Assembly (NCBI GenBank): GCA_963729045.1 | Contig: CAVSMN010000007.1 | Coordinates: forward strand, 121,742-185,741 | Source of the DNA: an uncultured Nitrososphaeraceae archaeon | GTDB taxonomy: Archaea > Thermoproteota > Nitrososphaeria > Nitrososphaerales > Nitrososphaeraceae | Length of the DNA stretch: 64,000 nt | Direction of reading: 5' to 3' | Shown here: one piece after another, positions 32,158 to 43,683 of the stretch | Layout: every line of letters begins with the position of its first letter | How positions within the stretch are numbered: the stretch's first letter is position 1 | Position numbers and translations under genes: made by a program | Notes under the pieces: generated by a model | The model's input: only the letters and a program-made list of their open reading frames with translations | Databases searched by the model: none | What the model was told of the DNA's origin: nothing

Positions 32158-33423
32158 TTGCATGACATCAATATGAGCAACATAGATTTTCGCTTCTCCA
32201 CAGATAATAAACATGCTATCGTGATGGAGCCTACAATCAAGTCCATTTCATTCATGAAATTCTTGAAAAAATCAGCCGTTGCATTGTTAAAATCAAATAA
32301 TTATAAACCAGAGTCTATCAAAACGGAAGGATTCTACTTGATAATATTCTTACACGATGATTCACAACTAGTTCAAGCTACTGAGTTATTAAGGAAAATA
32401 TCTGGACTTTTATATATTTTCATAGGCGCAGTCATGAAGCTTGAATACGTTACTTTATCAAGTAACGTTTTATCAATAGCAAATAAATTATTATTGAATG
32501 GTGAAAAATACCTAATCAAGATAGAAACTTCAAAATTGACGGAGTCCAAAGATGATGACTTTACATATTTTAGACATGATCTTGAGTTTTTTATTCAAAC
32601 TGAATTATCTAGCAAAGCACTAGACCTTGTACCTGTACAAGATGAATCTCAGGCCGATAAAATATTGTACATACTAATTGGGAACAAAATAGCATTCATA
32701 AGCTTATTAGTGCTTAAAGGTTCTGATTGCACTCCTTTTAATTTCTTACAGGATATTGTTTTATGTCCTGTTTATGATGATTGTTCTCTACTGTCACTAG
32801 TACAGGTTTTAGATTCAGGTTATATGCCGTTACCAATATTTTTCTTTCGTAATCGAGCTCAACTGATAAAAATAATAAGAAAATTTGATGAAATAATTAG
32901 GAACTATCCAATTGATTCCATTACATTCTATTTACTCCCTATGAACGATATACAGCGGCCGTCGGTCCGACATGTCAATAGAGCATCTGAAGATGATGAT
33001 ATATCCAAGGAATGGAGGAGCCAAGTTCTAAGATTAATATATGAACAAGTTATCATCAAGATTCTGCTAAATTCCAATCTTGACTCTATGTTTATAAGCT
33101 TTCCATTTGTTCCGTTTATTCATCCCAGCTGGTTTATAGAGAAAAACATTAAACTGTTCAACGAATCAAAAAAAATACTCCTTACACCACTTCTTTTTAG
33201 TTTTACTCCACGAGCATTTGAAAAGAAACTGACAACATTAATTGATACAAACTATACCATACATCAAAATACTCTAATCCGAAATTATTTAGTTGACAGT
33301 GAACCAAAGAATTTTGCCAAGGTTGTGGACAAAAATGCAAACTCAATTGGCCAATTGAATTTTAAGAAATTTTCATTTAACGTACGAAAGAACGATATCC
33401 TTGACATTCTGGATTCCATCTAG
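32158..33423 (+). CDS. divergent THUMP/ThiI-like protein
   Basis: ..LRKISGL..I, LL.GEKY.IKIE, AD...YI.IG...A...L..KG pattern; no recognisable PP-loop. Confidence 0.5.
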   Translation: MHDINMSNIDFRFSTDNKHAIVMEPTIKSISFMKFLKKSAVALLKSNNYKPESIKTEGFYLIIFLHDDSQLVQATELLRKISGLLYIFIGAVMKLEYVTLSSNVLSIANKLLLNGEKYLIKIETSKLTESKDDDFTYFRHDLEFFIQTELSSKALDLVPVQDESQADKILYILIGNKIAFISLLVLKGSDCTPFNFLQDIVLCPVYDDCSLLSLVQVLDSGYMPLPIFFFRNRAQLIKIIRKFDEIIRNYPIDSITFYLLPMNDIQRPSVRHVNRASEDDDISKEWRSQVLRLIYEQVIIKILLNSNLDSMFISFPFVPFIHPSWFIEKNIKLFNESKKILLTPLLFSFTPRAFEKKLTTLIDTNYTIHQNTLIRNYLVDSEPKNFAKVVDKNANSIGQLNFKKFSFNVRKNDILDILDSI

Positions 33424-34555
33424 TTTGTTACTTATTTCCATCAATTTCGATACCTTGTCTTGGTAAGAATTATCACAAATTAATTCGTTTAGCGCATCGA
33501 TAAGTATGGTTTGATTCATTGTCTTTGAATTAATCGCCTTACCTATGCCAAGTTTCTCTATTTTGTACGAATTTGCCAATTGCTCTCCGTGACTTTGAAT
33601 AGGAATGGAGATAATTGGCTTTCCATATTGAATAGCTTGTGATATGGCTGTGTGTCCTCCACGCATAATAATGACATCCGAAAGAAAAAAAATTTCGTCT
33701 TTGTATGGACACCACTCAAAATACCACATATTACTAGAAATTTTTTTGGGGATCACCTTGCCGTTTGACTTTCCTTCTGAGAACACAAATTGAAGGGATG
33801 GCGCCTTCTTGAAAACTTCGATGAGCTTCATTATTATTGGTATCCTGGTTCCCATGGGTCCACTTATGTGGACAAAAATAAGCGGCTTTGTCACTGTCAA
33901 TTTGTAGAACTTCCTTTGCTTTAGAAAGGCTATTTTCAGTAATTTTTGCTCTCGGGGTTATGAATCCAACATAATCTAATTTAGATTTAATTGATTTTAC
34001 AGAATTTATTGTACCCTCTGAAATAGTGTAGGGAGGAGGTAAGTCAGGTATTAGAATTTTGTCTGACATATTCCAAAAACCTCCCATTAACTCGCCATTG
34101 CACGTTTCAAATAATCTCGCAGCCTTAAACTCTCGCAGTCTGGGAGTTAGTAGAAGTTTGATCTGATTAATTATCAAGATTTTTGGTAAGTTTAATATTC
34201 TTGCGGCTATAAGGGGGGATAATCTGGAATCAGATATAATAATATGGGGATTGAATTTCTTTAAGTATCTTATTTCCTTATTTACTTGAATAGGTAAATT
34301 GACCAGCCATTGTGGTATCTTATTGATGTTACTCATAACTGAAAATTCGCCATCCCTCCCCCACATGAATTCTACTGGAGGAACTTTTTCACACTCAAAT
34401 CCTTGGCTCATGATATAATTACGGGCCTCACCAAAGGATGAGAAGCGCAATTCGATGCCGGGTTCTTTTATATTTTCCGCTAATATCAAAAGTCTGCTGG
34501 CGTGACCTAAACCCACGCCATATGGTGCCAAATAAACCCTTTGCATCATAAACAC
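33373..34555 (-). CDS. GT-B glycosyltransferase (GT28/MurG-like; frameshift near 33885)
   Basis: GVGLGHASR, IISD, GGHTAIS.A...GKP.I.IP...H.EQ..N. Confidence 0.88.
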
Positions 34556-34732
34556 GATTTTTGAAGAGACTAAAAAGTGTTCAGTTGCTAAGTCTCATCT
34601 TCATGCTGATAGCAACTGTAGGCAAAAACGAAATTATCAAAAAATCTGGTAATTAAAACAATAATTATTGATTTCTGAACTATAGATACATAATATTACT
34701 GCAGACTTTGCCCAATTAAGCATACATACATC

Positions 34733-35104
34733 CTATTCTTTAATTTTTTGACCATTTGATTTGATTTTAGAAATTTCAGGAATCATCCAGATAAATTTTG
34801 TGTGAATGCAGTTATTCGATTGATCTGTTTCACATTGCAACTCCCCATTTACATAGAACACATCAACTAGTATTTTTTTTTTGACGTCTTTAAGGGTTAT
34901 TCTATTTCCTTCATAGGAATCAACCGATAAAGACGGAGCAACCCTTGATAGGAATTCCTCTTTCTCTAAATATCCTTTCAAAAAATCGTTTACATATTCC
35001 TTAATATTTAGGCGTTTTTGAATTGCTCTCTCTTTCATCTTTTGATAATTCTCTACAAAGATCTCTACCGTAACTACACTTCTTCCTCCTCTCTTAACGG
35101 GCAT
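34733..35104 (-). CDS. hypothetical protein with ribbon-helix-helix-like N-terminus
   Basis: RSVVTVEIFVENYQKMKERA....I.EYVND.L; C-terminal C..D....C.H. Confidence 0.6.
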   Translation of the reverse strand: MPVKRGGRSVVTVEIFVENYQKMKERAIQKRLNIKEYVNDFLKGYLEKEEFLSRVAPSLSVDSYEGNRITLKDVKKKILVDVFYVNGELQCETDQSNNCIHTKFIWMIPEISKIKSNGQKIKE

Positions 35105-35183
35105 AATTCACAATAGCATGTGCTCCTGTTTAATAATTTCTATTAACATGTGATAAAATGTAATTAGATATTATTATATACTA

Positions 35184-35214
35184 TAACATAGATATAACAT
35201 GTTATAATATGTTA
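35184..35214. promoter_or_regulatory. palindromic operator array upstream of the RHH-like gene
   Basis: Perfect TATAACATGTTATA (35193-35206) flanked by inverted TAACATA/TATGTTA. Confidence 0.5.
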
Positions 35215-36717
35215 GTGAAATTAATATTTTTATTGCATTTGACTCTTTCTCTGCAAGGAGAAAAGATAAAGAAAACAAGACCCATTCGCAAATCAGGAGG
35301 CATTCAAAGGGATAAAAAACTTCGTAGGCTCAAGAAAAGTGGACAGAAACGATAAATTCAGAAATCAATCATTGAGGACTAAGAAGTTTATTTGGGTCTT
35401 TACAACGCGTCATAAATTTCTATGGACCAGCACCTTTTGATACCTTGGTTCTCTTGACAATCTTGCTGTTTCTATTGAAAAAGTTATTGCTGTTATCAAT
35501 ACTTGTTATTTGTAGAATATTAGACAGCCTTTTGAACGAAGACATTAATGGAAATTGAAACCTGAACATTTTTCGAGTTGAATGGAATGGGAATTTCCGA
35601 ACCACTAACGGCGCTAGTTTAGGCCTCTCATGTCGATTGGATCGACTATTCCAGAATTTCAATATTCATCCAGCTTGAATAATATATTGATAGAGTCAAA
35701 GAGGAATCAATTCATGGGCATGTTGCTTAGTCATTAGGAAATATATCCTTGGCTAGTTATAGAAAATATAAAATTTTATACATTATTGCTAATTATTTAA
35801 AATACTTATAGTTTTAAGTAAATGAATATAGAATTATATCAATAGTAATTCTAAATTTAGAAAATTATCGTGTGCTGTCCTCAAACTAACAAACAGGGTT
35901 TATAGTGCTTGGTTTTTTTAAATGAGCAAATATGCTAATAATGTTATATAAGCAATTTGGTTGTACACAGATATAATATGGTTAATTATTTCAGTAACGG
36001 TGTGCACTTGGTGTCGTTTTGTATACTCGGTGTCGCTTTTTATCTTTTACATAAATAGTCAAGACAAGTATGAGTACAAGTCCTCTATACTATAATTATT
36101 ACTTAAATCTTTAAAAGGATCTTGTAGTCCTTGCAATTCGTATTTCTTTGCATTAATAGTGTAATATATGTAATGCTCTTTCTATGATCATTAGTGCTTA
36201 AGAAGGCATTAAGAGGCTGGCCTAGGTTTAAACTAATAGTTTTGAATCGTTATATGGTGTTCGATTTAATACCTTAAATTATTTTGATTTATCTATCCTG
36301 TTATTTTCACTTAGATCCGTTTTATTTTCCTACTCATGAAAAACTACTGTATCGATTTCCTTATGGTCATCCTTTAATTGCTGATTCACTAATTCTTTGA
36401 TAGATTGATGATCAGCTTATCTAATTTCATAATAATTTGCTTTTGAAAATGGGGCATTATTTAAGCGTCATTATGATTTCTTTTATTTTTATTTTTTAGA
36501 TTGAGAAGGAGCATTTTAGATTGGGCCTGAGGAATGTGGGACTGATTTTTTTGAATTTAATAATTAAAACTTGGAAATTTGGTTGTCGCTCATTTGTTCT
36601 AAAAAAATATAGATTAGAGTTAAAGTAATAGATGCTTGAAATAACATTGTCTGCTTTCAAAGCATTCAATTAGCATAATCGTAAAAAATAAAAATGATTT
36701 ACCTTAACTAATCACTA

Positions 36718-37719
36718 TTAGTCAGATTCTTCTGCATAAATCAATTTCATTTCATCGAAAGTGAGTTTCTCTCCGCTCGACATTTTCTTCATGGCGACCT
36801 CCTTTAGCGAATTCCATAAATCTTGATTTTCTCTGTTTTTGCGCATTTTGTCTTGAGGTATTTCGTGCCTGATCTTTCTTTCTGGACTATAACGTCTCTG
36901 TCTCTCTGAAGAATGCTGTAACCTATTTCTCTTAAACTCTATAGCATTAAGTTGGGTATCTACCATTTCTATCTTAGCCCCGGCTTCTCTAACTCTGTGA
37001 ATCACACCTCGTCTTTCTTCATAAAGTTCTTCCCTCCTATTCAACAACTCATCTAAATTTGACTTTATTTTACCAATTCCCTTTCCAACATCAGCTTTTT
37101 GGTCAAATATTTCATTCATTTTTCCCTTAATGTCATCAAACTTTGTTGCCAGTGATTTGTAAGTATCTTCCTTCTTGTGAATTACTTTTAGGGCATGCAA
37201 CCTAGTAGCTATTTCCTTTGATTTTAAGACCAACCGTCTTTCTTCATCCTTTGATAATTTCTTTGTTTGAATGTCCCTCTCTATTTGCTCTAGTGCTTTT
37301 GTCAAATTTGATAGATTATACTTGTCTCTTCTAGACCTTGGACCTCCTCCGCTAGATGCTTTGGTATCCAGTGTTTTCATTCTTTTTCTTTCTTCAATCA
37401 GGTTGCTCTTTAATTCTGTAAATTTTGCGTAATCTGCATCCTTTACTTCATTAATTTGTTTTAGTTTTAGTCTTTCAGCTTCTAACTTTACTCTTTCTTC
37501 GTCAATAACCTTCTTTGTTTCTTCAATACTTTCATTGATTTTCTCAATTTGGGTTTCCCCTAGTTTTTGTTCTTCTATTAATGATTTTTTGAAGTCTAAC
37601 AGAGTCTTTTGATTTGAATCTATTGAATTTTCCGATCTATTGTCTTTTTTTGTCGTAGATCCTGAAGCTGCAGCAGAAGGAGCTGTAGCTGGATTTCCAC
37701 TGTTCTGTTCTTGAACCAC
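36718..37719 (-). CDS. archaeal coiled-coil protein (COG1340-like)
   Basis: Heptad-rich; IQT..LS.DEER.LV and K..SGEKLTFDE.K. Confidence 0.8.
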   Translation of the reverse strand: MVQEQNSGNPATAPSAAASGSTTKKDNRSENSIDSNQKTLLDFKKSLIEEQKLGETQIEKINESIEETKKVIDEERVKLEAERLKLKQINEVKDADYAKFTELKSNLIEERKRMKTLDTKASSGGGPRSRRDKYNLSNLTKALEQIERDIQTKKLSKDEERRLVLKSKEIATRLHALKVIHKKEDTYKSLATKFDDIKGKMNEIFDQKADVGKGIGKIKSNLDELLNRREELYEERRGVIHRVREAGAKIEMVDTQLNAIEFKRNRLQHSSERQRRYSPERKIRHEIPQDKMRKNRENQDLWNSLKEVAMKKMSSGEKLTFDEMKLIYAEESD

Positions 37720-38040
37720 GCCGCTTACAACCTGTTAATATATGGAAAGATATATTTTTTCTGATTGCATTTCGGTTACCTGCTTCTCAAATCAACGAGG
37801 ATAGGTGAATTCAAAGTCCACTGATAGGATTTTTGAAAAATAAATTGATTTTGAAGGCTACATTGGCTACAAAGACGATGATTGACTTTGTTATTCATCG
37901 AGCCAGTAAAAGTCAAATATCACCTTCAGATCTAAATATCATCTTGATTTACTGCAGATAATGACTATATTTCAGACGATTGTGAATATCATACAAACAT
38001 ATATTTATATTCTATCTTGTGGATTAATAGATGAGTAATA

Positions 38041-38436
38041 ATGGATGATTTTGATAAAGATTTTCCAGGATTTGATTGGAAAAATACTCCCGCTTATAAA
38101 CATCCAGGAGGAAAAGACTGTCCTTGTCCGAAGCACGAGTATATTAGAGAGCAAATTAATGTTGCCAAAACTTTAAATACAAATAGTAAAAATGTAGATA
38201 CTGATAAAAAACCTGCTTCAAATGTTACCCTTAAATTTTGTCCTGATCATTATAATGTTTATTTCAAAGAAGTGATTCCTGCCATGCCTTTAAAATATAG
38301 AATAATTACCAAAATTGCATTGAAATTGGGAGCTGTTGTAATCCAACAAATTCCATATATGATGTCTGACAAGTGCTTTTATTGCAAATTTGGGTCAGGC
38401 GGTTTTGATAAAAAGGTGGAATTACCACCAATTTAG
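38041..38436 (+). CDS. Cys/His-rich hypothetical protein
   Basis: CPCPKH, FCPDH, CFYC. Confidence 0.7.
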   Translation: MDDFDKDFPGFDWKNTPAYKHPGGKDCPCPKHEYIREQINVAKTLNTNSKNVDTDKKPASNVTLKFCPDHYNVYFKEVIPAMPLKYRIITKIALKLGAVVIQQIPYMMSDKCFYCKFGSGGFDKKVELPPI

Positions 38437-38438
38437 TT

Positions 38439-39210
38439 TTATTTGATATCTGATTTCTTTAGTAGATTTTTTGCTAGGTTAGAATGATTAGATACTAACA
38501 CGAGGGCGGCAATATTTCTTACAATCACTGATAAATATGGCAATTTATCGTTTGGATTGTTTTTATATCCATCCAAAAAAGATTTTTCTATAATTTTATA
38601 CTTTTCATTATCTAGGTCCAATAGACTAGCCAAAAAAATACCAATGTCAACGCTTTTTGTATATTCTGAGGCATGGTTTTGTATCAAACCCAAGTCGGTT
38701 CGTATTATTTCTAAATCCCTTACTAAATAATTCTGAGCTTTGTTGTCAATGAAGCAAGAGCCGCTATTGTGCAGACTTCCTCGTTATTGTGCCAACTTTG
38801 TAAACAATTTCTAAGTTGTGGCCCTTTTGTAGAAATCCATAGAGATTGCCGCCATCGATATATTCTTCAATGATGACGTCCTTATTGATTTCTATTAATC
38901 TAGGTGTGTGAATCCCCAGATCCTTCAATTTCTGTCTACTAACTGAACCTTCATTTATCAGAATAGATTTTCCAGTCCTAAACGGGGATGTAGGGTGCAA
39001 TAGTACAAATGAAATAAATGTGAAGACGAATACTAAAAGATACTCGTTAATGTTCTTTATCGTCTTATTTCTTTTGATTACTACCATTTTACCATCAATT
39101 TTTGAAATTGCAATATCTCTCTGCCAATTCACAAAGTGCAAAATAATTAATTCTCTATAATAGGGGTGGTCTATTTTAAATACTTTTAAGCGAAGCATGA
39201 AATTAGCCAA
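38439..39210 (-). CDS. atypical kinase-like protein (Kdo/Bud32-like; frameshift near 38782)
   Basis: VVIK, TPRL, EEYIDG; shifted frame gives LHNSGSCFIDNKAQNYLV...DLG. Confidence 0.7.
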
Positions 39211-39338
39211 ATTGAAATTGATAATTGATAAGCTAATTTTGTTATGTTACAAAATTTGAATTTGATGCATCATTGTTTTGGACCTTCACGAATATTCATA
39301 TTTAAAACTTAATAGACGGTGTTCTATAAAATATTCAT

Positions 39339-40022
39339 GTGTTTACGTACACTAACTTTTTTAGAATTTTAAGCACTTTTGTAATTGCTGGAACTTTGTT
39401 ATCTCTCACAGCCACAAATGCATTCGCACTATCTGGATCTCTTGCTGATTATGAATTTGGTTATGGTCCTATAGCAAGCATAAATAATGACTGGATATTA
39501 GCAGGTCATTGGATGGGTTATCATAATCCATCAAACCTCACTGATTCAGGTTTTCATTCAACATTTGATATGGTAATGAAAAATGGATCAGCTCCTCATA
39601 TGCATCAGATATCTAACGCAACCATTAGTGATGTGAAAATGGATGGAAATAATACAGTCATTCAGGGCTCTGTAACAATAACAATGAAAGATGGACCTGT
39701 GTTAAATGTGCCGACTACTTGGACAATTTCTAATAATAATACTCTTGCCATAGAGTTGGATCCTTCAATGATTAACAATCACTTTGGTGAATCCCCAATT
39801 TATGGACTCGCATTAACGCCTGAGAAAGAAATGAATATAATGAACAAAATGATGGAGGATTCAAAATTCATGGATCAATGGATTCCATTGATGATGCAAA
39901 ATATGATGAGTACATTAAATATAAATGGTGAAAATATGACAGCGATGCCTCAAATGATGAATCAATCAGGTTCAAATAACCCTATGGAAATGAATATGGC
40001 CAATAACACGGTGATTCAATAG
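39339..40022 (+). CDS. secreted HxH-motif protein with Met-rich tail
   Basis: Signal peptide; MVMKNGSAPHMHQI, TMKDGP, NNHFGESPIYG; paralog of 57854-58552. Confidence 0.8.
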   Translation: MFTYTNFFRILSTFVIAGTLLSLTATNAFALSGSLADYEFGYGPIASINNDWILAGHWMGYHNPSNLTDSGFHSTFDMVMKNGSAPHMHQISNATISDVKMDGNNTVIQGSVTITMKDGPVLNVPTTWTISNNNTLAIELDPSMINNHFGESPIYGLALTPEKEMNIMNKMMEDSKFMDQWIPLMMQNMMSTLNINGENMTAMPQMMNQSGSNNPMEMNMANNTVIQ

Positions 40023-40155
40023 ACTGATTCCTTGACCTAGAGTCTAAACAAATACAAATACTCTTATATTTTTTTAGCATTTATATTTTCATGAGATTTT
40101 CTCTGAGGCTTTTAATAAACTAAAATAGATGTATTTCTTGCTACCCTAGTGAATG

Positions 40156-41190
40156 CTACCTACCTATGCATAAACCCGATGGGAGACTAGTCATACAATT
40201 GTTGTTAGTATAATGATTATTGTTAATATTTATCGGGAGATTATTTGCATTGTTGATATCCAGTACGTTATTGAATACATTGTTAAAGTCCACATAATTT
40301 AAGGAACTTTGTGTATCGATGAAAATACCATTCGTTGTGTTCAATATGTTGTTTCCATTGATCAAACTGTTTGCAGTATTGATTAAAGTGACACCTGACA
40401 GCCTGTTTTGACTAAGTTGATTGTATTTAATGTCTGCACCATCCGACGAATGCAATGCTACACCTATGGTATTATCGTTTATCATGTTGTTGGTTATTTC
40501 GGAGTTTTGAGCACCGGTTACATAAAAGGCAACCTTGTTGTTGTTAGTATTTATGTCGTGAGCGGACACATCATTACTTCCAGATAGATAGACTCCAGAT
40601 TGGAATCCTGTTATGATACCGTTACCGGATATTGTTACGTTATGCTGGCCAGCGATCATGATTCCGACCTTGTTGCTGTCTAGTCCTGGACCTTTCAGTG
40701 AGAATCCATTCATATCTATGTTGGTATTATTTGCTCCAACTATGAGTCCATCGCTCTTGCAAATCAAATTAGAAATTAACTTTACATTACCTTGTACATT
40801 TTGACCACAAGCTGGATGTATTTCTACGGCAGGTTGTGATTGACTTTCGGATAATTGATTTACTCCTTCTTGATTTTCTTGTGGAATTTTAGTTGCTTCT
40901 TCATTTGTTTGTTCATCCTCTAGGGATATATTGCTAATTTGATCTTGTTGTATTTGGTTTTGACTATCATCGTTAGTATTACTATTAGAATTTCCTGTAT
41001 TTTGACTAGTAATGATATTTCTGTCAGGGTCAGGTTGTGAGGCCTGCATATTAGCAGAGTCATTAACCGTAGAACTGAAAACCATGTTATTTGCTGACAA
41101 TGGGAATTGAAACAAGATAGAGAAGAAAAGAATTGTAAATGACGAATTTAATAATAAATTCTTACAGCTTGGCATTACTACTTTCATCAC
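40156..41190 (-). CDS. secreted parallel beta-helix (NosD/CASH-like) protein
   Basis: CG......L...L.C..DGL.VG; repeated NN.I.NN..GI. Confidence 0.8.
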   Translation of the reverse strand: MMKVVMPSCKNLLLNSSFTILFFSILFQFPLSANNMVFSSTVNDSANMQASQPDPDRNIITSQNTGNSNSNTNDDSQNQIQQDQISNISLEDEQTNEEATKIPQENQEGVNQLSESQSQPAVEIHPACGQNVQGNVKLISNLICKSDGLIVGANNTNIDMNGFSLKGPGLDSNKVGIMIAGQHNVTISGNGIITGFQSGVYLSGSNDVSAHDINTNNNKVAFYVTGAQNSEITNNMINDNTIGVALHSSDGADIKYNQLSQNRLSGVTLINTANSLINGNNILNTTNGIFIDTQSSLNYVDFNNVFNNVLDINNANNLPININNNHYTNNNCMTSLPSGLCIGR

Positions 41191-41789
41191 AGATAAAATT
41201 CTACACGATGTATATTATATCAATATTACCTTTATGCAAAGCCCTGTATTACTCCAATCAAAAATTCTACTAATTACGACAGACCATTGCAACGGCAGCC
41301 TTTGAATCTGATTTTATTAATCTTTTCTTCCAAGTACCACTTTATGAATTCGTTTTAAGATTAACAGATCAAAGATATTTTTAGACTCAAACGCTTTGAA
41401 CCGATGAATTTATCCTTGCCTGATAGTAGTCTTGAAAAGAATTCTAGTTTGGATAAATTTCATAAAACCCTTTCTTAAGTGGAGCAATGTTTAGTCTTAA
41501 GCCCTATTGATCTTGTTTCTCAGATTATTGCCTTGTTAATACAAGAAATGATAAAAAATGTCTTACAATGAGTAGTTATCTTATCTTGGAGACAAGGTAG
41601 TAAATTTCAATCGATATTTTTGTTTTCCATCAGAAAATTCAGTATGTCATAGGGGGAGTATTTACGATTATCAAGTTTGAGATAGTTTTTGAACTAAGGT
41701 CAGCAAAAACGTGTATGATAGAAGCTTTTTATTTTGATTTATTGTCAATTTTTTATGGGTAGAAATTTGCGATCTTTGCCACGAAAAGG

Positions 41790-42143
41790 TTATCTGTTAT
41801 GATAATTTTCTTCCAGTTCCAAATACTTTCTTTTCAAATTCTCATACTCAGAGGGTTGTATGTCTGGAGCATTCAAGTACATGTAATTTTTCAAAGGCTG
41901 ATTGCTTTTAATATTTTTCCAGTTCGATAGGAATTTCTTTATAAAATCATCGATTACTTCCTTATTGGTGATCCCAGTTGAATCAATTTTAAGACTCTCA
42001 TTAATAAAGCATATCTCTTCTTTATTGTCGCCGCTTATGTATTCGATAGGAATTGGCTTAAATTTTTTTCCTTCGATCTTATCTGGAATTATTACTGCAA
42101 TGTAGGGTTTTTTTTCAAATTCTATTCTCTTTTTTCCACCCAT
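41790..42143 (-). CDS. hypothetical protein
   Basis: 117-aa ATG-initiated ORF; no motif recognised. Confidence 0.55.
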   Translation of the reverse strand: MGGKKRIEFEKKPYIAVIIPDKIEGKKFKPIPIEYISGDNKEEICFINESLKIDSTGITNKEVIDDFIKKFLSNWKNIKSNQPLKNYMYLNAPDIQPSEYENLKRKYLELEENYHNR

Positions 42144-42334
42144 TATGCATATTAGTAGTATAAAAATTAAAAGTCAATTGGAACAAAAAAAATTTGAATA
42201 ATTTATGCAAATTTTGCCGTTTAATTTATATCGTTTTACGATACAAGTGAAAATTATTTCAAAAATTTATTACTGAAAAATAACTTCCATCTCAACAAAT
42301 ATTAATGCGTCACAAAAATTAATGTAGATAGAAG

Positions 42335-42408
42335 GGGCCGATCGTCTAGCCTGGTAGGATACGGCATTGGCATTGCCGAGGTCGTGGGTTCGAATCCCAC
42401 TCGGTCCA
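42335..42408 (+). tRNA. tRNA-Ala(GGC)
   Basis: GGGCCGA/TCGGTCC acceptor stem with G3:U70; CGGCA-TT-GGC-AT-TGCCG; GGTTCGAATCC. Confidence 0.96.
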
Positions 42409-42484
42409 TTATGTATTATAGTAACGATTATCAAATAAAACATCTTCAAACTATAAGATTTTATTATGAAGAGCCTACAAATGT

Positions 42485-43588
42485 CTAAAAAGTAAAAATA
42501 GTTCCTACGCTTGACTGTATAAATTTTCCTGGCATCACATCTATTATTTTATTGATAGCTTTCCAACCTGTACAATGACATGGAATTATATAAATAGGAT
42601 TTGCCTTTTGTAACTCTTTTAATGTGGGTTCAATTGCCTCTTCATATATTCCATTATCAGCAGGAAGGTGAAACCCACCTAGAATTGCATAGATCTTTTC
42701 AATTCCAGTCAGTTTCCTTGCATAGTTTATTGTATTTATTATTCCCGCGTGACCACAACCTGTTAAAATTACCAGTCCTTTATTTTTAACATTAATTATT
42801 AATGCCTGATCATCTTTAACTAATGGATCGGGAATGAGACAATCATTCATAGAATCTATTACATATTGAAATGGAAATCCTTTTTCAAAATTTGTTTCTC
42901 TTGGTATCTGTCCTGTAAGTAATATTGAAGGAGAATCTTGGTTTGGAAGATAAACCGGATCCTTATCTTTATGTATTACAGCTCCTACTTTCTTTAATTG
43001 ATCTTCGTTTAAGAAGGGCATTTTTACTTTTTTTCCATTAGGAAAAACTTCCCATCGTTTCAGGAAAGAGTCAGGATGCAAGAAGAGATCAACACCAGAT
43101 GTTGTACCAGATCTTGATATTTCTCGAAGTACATTAACAAGACCAGTAAAATGATCAAAATGACCATGACTTAAAATTATACCATCTATTTTTGAAAGAT
43201 TAACTCCAAATACTTTTGCATTGTGGATTATGCCATTTTCGCTAATACCTGTATCAAAGAGAAATATATTGTCGACACTAGATTTATTTGAACTATCATA
43301 TTTAATCTCGGTTTGTTTACCTTGAGTATGGGCACACTTTCCTATCCGTATTAATGCAGCGAATCCGTGTTCGGCAATGGGAGGTGGCAGTAGTGTTATC
43401 TTTTCATCTTCTATTAACGAAGGTCTTACCGCATGTTCAGAATTTGTTAAGAGAAAATCAATAAAATTATCCATAAGGATGGTAATGGAAACCTCATCTA
43501 CCTCATGAAGAGATACTTGCTTAAAGGAGTCATTATTTATTTCTAAAAACGTATTCTCCACTTGGTTATTTTCTTTCATATATTTCAA
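42485..43588 (-). CDS. MBL-fold metallo-hydrolase (7,8-dihydropterin-6-yl-methyl...synthase-like family)
   Basis: AEHG, LFDTG, LSHGHFDHFTG, DDQAL, GCGHAG, GGFHL, HCTG. Confidence 0.88.
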   Translation of the reverse strand: MKYMKENNQVENTFLEINNDSFKQVSLHEVDEVSITILMDNFIDFLLTNSEHAVRPSLIEDEKITLLPPPIAEHGFAALIRIGKCAHTQGKQTEIKYDSSNKSSVDNIFLFDTGISENGIIHNAKVFGVNLSKIDGIILSHGHFDHFTGLVNVLREISRSGTTSGVDLFLHPDSFLKRWEVFPNGKKVKMPFLNEDQLKKVGAVIHKDKDPVYLPNQDSPSILLTGQIPRETNFEKGFPFQYVIDSMNDCLIPDPLVKDDQALIINVKNKGLVILTGCGHAGIINTINYARKLTGIEKIYAILGGFHLPADNGIYEEAIEPTLKELQKANPIYIIPCHCTGWKAINKIIDVMPGKFIQSSVGTIFTF

Positions 43589-43683
43589 TTATCCTTTTCC
43601 ACTCGTTAGGAAATAAAGACGCATTATATTAAATCATTTAAAATAATTTCAACCTTTTTAAGTGTAAATTAGAATGGTATATC

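Noticed and set aside
35420..35662. 80-aa minus-strand ORF, and the ORFs at 63161-63516
   Set aside because: No recognisable motifs; probably decayed or non-coding.
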